Source of the DNA: Actinomycetota bacterium
GTDB lineage: Bacteria > Actinomycetota > Actinomycetes > Mycobacteriales > Mycobacteriaceae
Length of the DNA stretch: 64,000 bases
Direction of reading: 5' to 3'
NCBI GenBank assembly: GCA_040752555.1
Contig: JBFMGT010000001.1
Coordinates: forward strand, 402,352 to 466,351
This document shows, piece by piece, positions 60,154-64,000 of the stretch. The stretch's first letter is position 1, and each line of letters starts with the position of its first letter. Under the pieces are notes generated by a model that searched no databases, was not told the DNA's origin, and worked only from the letters and a program-made list of their open reading frames with translations. Made by a program: the position numbers and the translations under genes.

Positions 60154-61455
60154 GTGACTGCGCGGGGATCGCTCGTCCTCGCCGCAACCGCGACGCTCTC
60201 CGGAATCGTCATCGGCGTCGTCGGTGGCGCGTTCCGGTGGTGTCTGCAGCACGCCGAGCGGCTCCGTCTCGAGGCGATCGAGTGGGCGCAGCACCTGCCG
60301 GGGCCGGGGTGGCTGATACCGGTCGCCGCGGCAGCGTCAGGGGCATGGCTGGCCGCGTTGATCGTGCGGTGGCAACCCTTGGCCGCGGGCAGCGGCATTC
60401 AGCACGTCGAGGCCGTGTACCACGGTCATGCGCGGCCGCCGCTGATCACCTTGGTGTTCGCGAAGTTCGTCGGCGGCGTGCTGGCGATCGGATCGGGCCT
60501 GGTTCTGGGTAGGGAGGGCCCGACCGTCCACATGGGTGCTGCGGTGGGTGCGCAAGCGGCGCGGCACGCTCGCCTCGGCGACGCCGACATCCGCCTGATG
60601 CAGACGGCCGTCGGCGGTGCGGGCCTCGCCGTCGCGTTCAACGCGCCGATCGCCGGCGTGCTGTTCGCTGTCGAAGAGGTCAGCAAGTCCTTCCGGATGC
60701 AGCTGGTGCTGGCCACCACCCTGGCCTCGGCGACCGCGGTCGGGTGCACCCGCCTGATCCTCGGCAACCACCCTGATTTCGCGGTGGCGCCGCTGGCCGC
60801 TCCAGCGCTGGGCTGGCTGCCGCTGTTCCTGATCTTCGGCGTGCTCACCGGCCTCCTCGGGGCCGCCTACAACGTGACGGTGCTGTGGTTCCTCGACCAC
60901 GTCGCGACGCTGCCGCGGGTCCCCGCAACGGTGAAGGCGCCGGTGATCGGAGGGTTGGTGGGCCTGGCGGCCGTTCTGGTGCCCCTGTCGGTCGGCGACG
61001 GGCAGACGATCACCCAACTGCTGCTCAGCGGCCACCGTCTCGTGCTGGGCCTCGTCATCGGCTACCTCGCGGTGCGGTTCATCGCCGGTCCGCTGAGCTA
61101 TTCGGCCGCGCTGCCCGGCGGACTGTTCGCCCCGCTGCTCGCCATCGGGGCCTTGTGGGGGGTGTGCTTCGTCGGCATCGTCGACCGCATGTGGCCGCAC
61201 GATCTGACGTCGCTGGCCATCCCAATGGCGATCGTCGGGATGGCGGCCTTCTTCTCGGCGACGGTGCGCGCGCCCGTCACGGGCATGGTGATCGTCATCG
61301 AGATGACGGCGACGACGTCGGTCACCGTGCCCATGCTGGCTGCAACGGCGGTCGCGGTAATCGCGGCCCAGCTGACCGGATCGGCCCCCATCTACGACAG
61401 CCTGCGCGATCGCATGGTGCCCGAACGCGGGCCTGCAGACCAGGATGGCGCCTGA
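60154..61455 (+). CDS. ClC-family H+/Cl- antiporter
   Basis: GSGIQ, GREGP, VEE, GGLFAP, IYDSL. Confidence 0.9.
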   Translation: MTARGSLVLAATATLSGIVIGVVGGAFRWCLQHAERLRLEAIEWAQHLPGPGWLIPVAAAASGAWLAALIVRWQPLAAGSGIQHVEAVYHGHARPPLITLVFAKFVGGVLAIGSGLVLGREGPTVHMGAAVGAQAARHARLGDADIRLMQTAVGGAGLAVAFNAPIAGVLFAVEEVSKSFRMQLVLATTLASATAVGCTRLILGNHPDFAVAPLAAPALGWLPLFLIFGVLTGLLGAAYNVTVLWFLDHVATLPRVPATVKAPVIGGLVGLAAVLVPLSVGDGQTITQLLLSGHRLVLGLVIGYLAVRFIAGPLSYSAALPGGLFAPLLAIGALWGVCFVGIVDRMWPHDLTSLAIPMAIVGMAAFFSATVRAPVTGMVIVIEMTATTSVTVPMLAATAVAVIAAQLTGSAPIYDSLRDRMVPERGPADQDGA

Positions 61456-61460
61456 GCAGG

Positions 61461-61604
61461 TCAGATCTCGTCGGGGATCTGGTCGCGCGTCTGCCAGCCC
61501 GCCGGCGCGTCCGCGTCGTCGTCCTGGTGGTCCAGCTTGTCTTGCAGCTCGCGCTGTTCCTCGCTGGCTTTCGTCGCGTCCTCGGGTGTGCTGTTGTCGT
61601 CCAC
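61461..61604 (-). CDS. Small acidic protein (47 aa)
   Basis: GTG start; DDNSTPEDATKASEEQRELQDKLDHQDDD...; fits the intergenic gap. Confidence 0.5.
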   Translation of the reverse strand: MDDNSTPEDATKASEEQRELQDKLDHQDDDADAPAGWQTRDQIPDEI

Positions 61605-61656
61605 GGCGCGCAGGGTTCTCCGATCGCGCGCTCGCCAAACCCCGCAGAATGGCGCC

Positions 61657-62490
61657 ATGCTGTTCTGCGGCCCTGCGCTGGCGCAGCGCATCGAACGCGC
61701 CGAGGCCGATCTGATCGGGTCGGCCACCCGAGCCGCGGCCCGTCGCGGCGCACCCGGCTTCACCCTGCCCGTCTCCGGCGGGCTGGCCTGCTACGCCGAC
61801 ACCGACTCACCGATGAACAAGGTGGTCGGGCTGGGTTTCGCCGGGGTGCCGGACGCTGGCGTGCTCGACGAGATCGAACGGACCTTCGCCGCCCACGGGT
61901 CAGCCGTGGTCGTCGAACTGTGCAACCTCGGCGACCCCGACATCGCGCCGCTGCTCTGTGAGCGGGGCTACCGTCTCGTCGGGTTCGAGAACGTGCTGGG
62001 GTGCGCGCTGCCCGCCGGCTCGCCACCTGACTCGGCCTCTGAGCTCCAGGTCTGGCGCGCCGAGGCGGGGGAGAGCCGGGCGTGGCTCGACGTGATCGTC
62101 GACGGTTTCGCCCATCCGGACGGCCACGGCGTGCCCAGCCACGAAGAATTCCCCGGCGCCGTCATCGCCGCCGCGATGGACGACATGGAGCAAGCCGGTG
62201 TGGTGCGTTACCTGGCCGGCGTAGGAGGCGTCGTCGCAGGCGGCGCGGGGATGCGCACCGCCGGCGGTGTGGCTCAACTGACCGGTGCGGCGACCGCCCC
62301 CGCGTTCCGGCGCCGCGGCGTTCAGGCGGCACTGCTGGTGCGGCGCCTTCGCGACGCGTCGGACGCCCGGTGTGACCTCGCCGTGGTCACCACTGCGCCC
62401 GGTTCTTTGTCGCAGAAGAACGTGCAGCGCAAGGGTTTTCATCTTCTGTACACCCGCGCTCTACTGGTCAGGGACACCGCGGGATGCTAG
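61657..62490 (+). CDS. GNAT N-acetyltransferase
   Basis: ATAPAFRRRGVQAAL, SQKNVQRKGF. Confidence 0.88.
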   Translation: MLFCGPALAQRIERAEADLIGSATRAAARRGAPGFTLPVSGGLACYADTDSPMNKVVGLGFAGVPDAGVLDEIERTFAAHGSAVVVELCNLGDPDIAPLLCERGYRLVGFENVLGCALPAGSPPDSASELQVWRAEAGESRAWLDVIVDGFAHPDGHGVPSHEEFPGAVIAAAMDDMEQAGVVRYLAGVGGVVAGGAGMRTAGGVAQLTGAATAPAFRRRGVQAALLVRRLRDASDARCDLAVVTTAPGSLSQKNVQRKGFHLLYTRALLVRDTAGC

Positions 62491-62611
62491 TACCGTCACT
62501 TCTGGTTCAGGGCACCCGAAGAATTCCGGTCGAGCAGTCAAACTTATTGTGCGACATACCCTTTCGCGGCAACGCAGTTGCGCGGTCCGGTTCCCAAGGG
62601 TAGCCTCGCTT

Positions 62612-62724
62612 AAAGCGAAGGGGAGTAGCCCCCAATCGGATGGTCGACATACTGGCTGAACGCATGCGCCTCGGCCCGGCCATTCGGACCGGACAGTCGT
62701 CTCCGGTGGGCGAGACCTTCGGCT
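62612..62724 (+). ncRNA. yybP-ykoY (Mn2+) riboswitch
   Basis: GAAGGGGAGTAGC...GTCGACATACTGG...GAGACCTTC motif upstream of a UPF0016 gene. Confidence 0.85.
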
Positions 62725-62798
62725 GGACACCCGTATTCGGTTGTCGGCCGGAGGCTTACTCGTATCCGACCGACGGCCACCGAACCGAGGAGTTGTTG

Positions 62799-63524
62799 GT
62801 GATCGCCGCCCTGCTGCTGAGTTTTGCCGTGATCTTCGTGGCCGAACTCGGCGACAAGAGCCAGTTGATGGCGATGATGTTTGCGTTGCGCTACAGGTGG
62901 TGGGTGGTGCTGTCGGCGATTCTCGCGGCCACCACGGCTGTGCACGTGTTGTCGGTGGCCATCGGGCACTACCTCGGTGCTGCCCTTCCGACGCATCTGC
63001 TCGGGCTGGTGGCCGGGCTGATGTTCGTCCTGTTCGGGCTATGGACCCTGCGCGGTGACTCGCTCTCCGATCAGGAGGCCTCCCGGGCCCAGCGCGCCGC
63101 CGCGCCCGCGTTCTTCGTCGTCACCTCGGCTTTCATGCTTGCCGAACTCGGTGACAAGACCATGCTCGCCACGATCACGCTGGCCGCCGACAACAATTGG
63201 CTGGGCGTGTGGATCGGCTCCACGATCGGCATGGTCGCCGCCGACGCGCTGGCCATCCTGGTCGGTGCGGTGGCCGGCAAGCACCTTCCCGAGCGGCTCA
63301 TCCAACTGCTCGCCGCGGCGCTGTTCGGCGTGTTCGGCATCTTCATGGTGATCGACAACCTGCGTCCGAGCCTGCCGGCGGCGGTGGCCGCCGGCATCGC
63401 GATCGCCATCGTCGCCGCGCTGGCGGTCGTGTTGCGCGCCCTGCCGGCACGGCTGCGGCCTGCGGTTCTGCGGCCTGCAGAAGCATCGGAAGCAGAGCCG
63501 CTACCCGTGACGACGCGCGACTGA
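62799..63524 (+). CDS. TMEM165/GDT1 (UPF0016) Mn2+/Ca2+ transporter
   Basis: Two ExGDK(S/T) motifs: AELGDKSQ, AELGDKT. Confidence 0.93.
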   Translation: MIAALLLSFAVIFVAELGDKSQLMAMMFALRYRWWVVLSAILAATTAVHVLSVAIGHYLGAALPTHLLGLVAGLMFVLFGLWTLRGDSLSDQEASRAQRAAAPAFFVVTSAFMLAELGDKTMLATITLAADNNWLGVWIGSTIGMVAADALAILVGAVAGKHLPERLIQLLAAALFGVFGIFMVIDNLRPSLPAAVAAGIAIAIVAALAVVLRALPARLRPAVLRPAEASEAEPLPVTTRD

Positions 63525-63527
63525 GGG

Positions 63528-63776
63528 TCAGATGGGCGACACCGACCGGATCGCGATCTGCCCGGTGTCGCACAATCGACATGTCAGTGGCCGTACCTTC
63601 AAGCGCACGTTGGCAATTCGCAGCGCGCGCTGGCACATCGGGTACGGGCACCCGCAGGACAGCGTGACCCACCACTGCGCCGGGTGCGCCAGCGGGCCGC
63701 AGAAGCGTCGGCACGTGCACAGGATGTCGGGCTCGAAATCCAGTTCCGCCAGCGACGGCTCCAGCAAGGTGGTCAC
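63528..63776 (-). CDS. Cys-rich small hypothetical protein (start uncertain)
   Basis: CTC..FC, CGC...C, CRLC. Confidence 0.55.
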   Translation of the reverse strand: MTTLLEPSLAELDFEPDILCTCRRFCGPLAHPAQWWVTLSCGCPYPMCQRALRIANVRLKVRPLTCRLCDTGQIAIRSVSPI

Positions 63777-63872
63777 GGCCCCCAAGGCTAAAGTGAGGGT
63801 CGAGACTTTTGCGGGAGGCGCGCGCGGGCGGTGCGGCCGTTCTCCCATGGCGCACCGCCCGCGTGCCGGGCG

Positions 63873-63998
63873 TTAGAGCCGAATCCAGCGGCCCAGGAAC
63901 CAGAATCCCCAGCCATCGCCGTTACCGGCGGGCAGCGGCCGGACCAGCTGGCCCTGGTACTGGAAGGGTTGATGATCCTGGCGGCCCTGGTCGATGCC
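63873..63998 (-). CDS. 3' end of a mycobacterial secreted protein (GWGFWFLGRWIRL C-terminus), partial
   Basis: Manual translation GIDQGRQDHQPFQYQGQLVRPLPAGNGDGWGFWFLGRWIRL*. Confidence 0.6.
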   Translation of the reverse strand, partial: GIDQGRQDHQPFQYQGQLVRPLPAGNGDGWGFWFLGRWIRL

Positions 63999-64000
63999 GC

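Noticed and set aside
60154-61455. GSGIQ variant suggesting a fluoride-type CLC
   Set aside because: Ser of GSGIx, the gating Glu and the Tyr are retained; lacks the CLC-F GNNLI/GMGLI signature

Overview
High-GC actinobacterial chromosome, almost certainly Mycobacterium/Mycolicibacterium (MmpS/MmpL, mycofactocin-type SDR, F420/Ddn nitroreductase, LppJ-like lipoprotein, DUF222-HNH, EspK-like protein). Positions 1 to ~7370 are the right part of an integrative, satellite/PICI-like element: tyrosine integrase, divergent AlpA/Xis-like HTH, a P-loop NTPase, an unannotated orphan Phd/YefM-like gene, and a tightly coupled cargo operon encoding an EspK-like type VII secretion protein. The element abuts the 5' end of tRNA-Leu(TAA). 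The rest is patchy accessory/core sequence: VanX-like peptidase, FNT-cyanase, P450, a decaying SDR/oxidoreductase patch, a flavin-dependent catabolic cluster with an apparently inactive RibB homologue, GIY-YIG+HAD, a Tat-lipoprotein amidase, a MerR module, WS/DGAT, a WXG-lipase/lipoprotein pair, a ynbA/plsC/ynbB-like lipid operon with an FHA-less Rv1747-like ABC transporter, a frameshifted HNH gene, TetR-MmpSL, a LysR hydrolase operon, a polar amino-acid ABC transporter, ClC, and a yybP-ykoY riboswitch with a UPF0016 gene. All family assignments come from motif recognition by eye; no searches were run.
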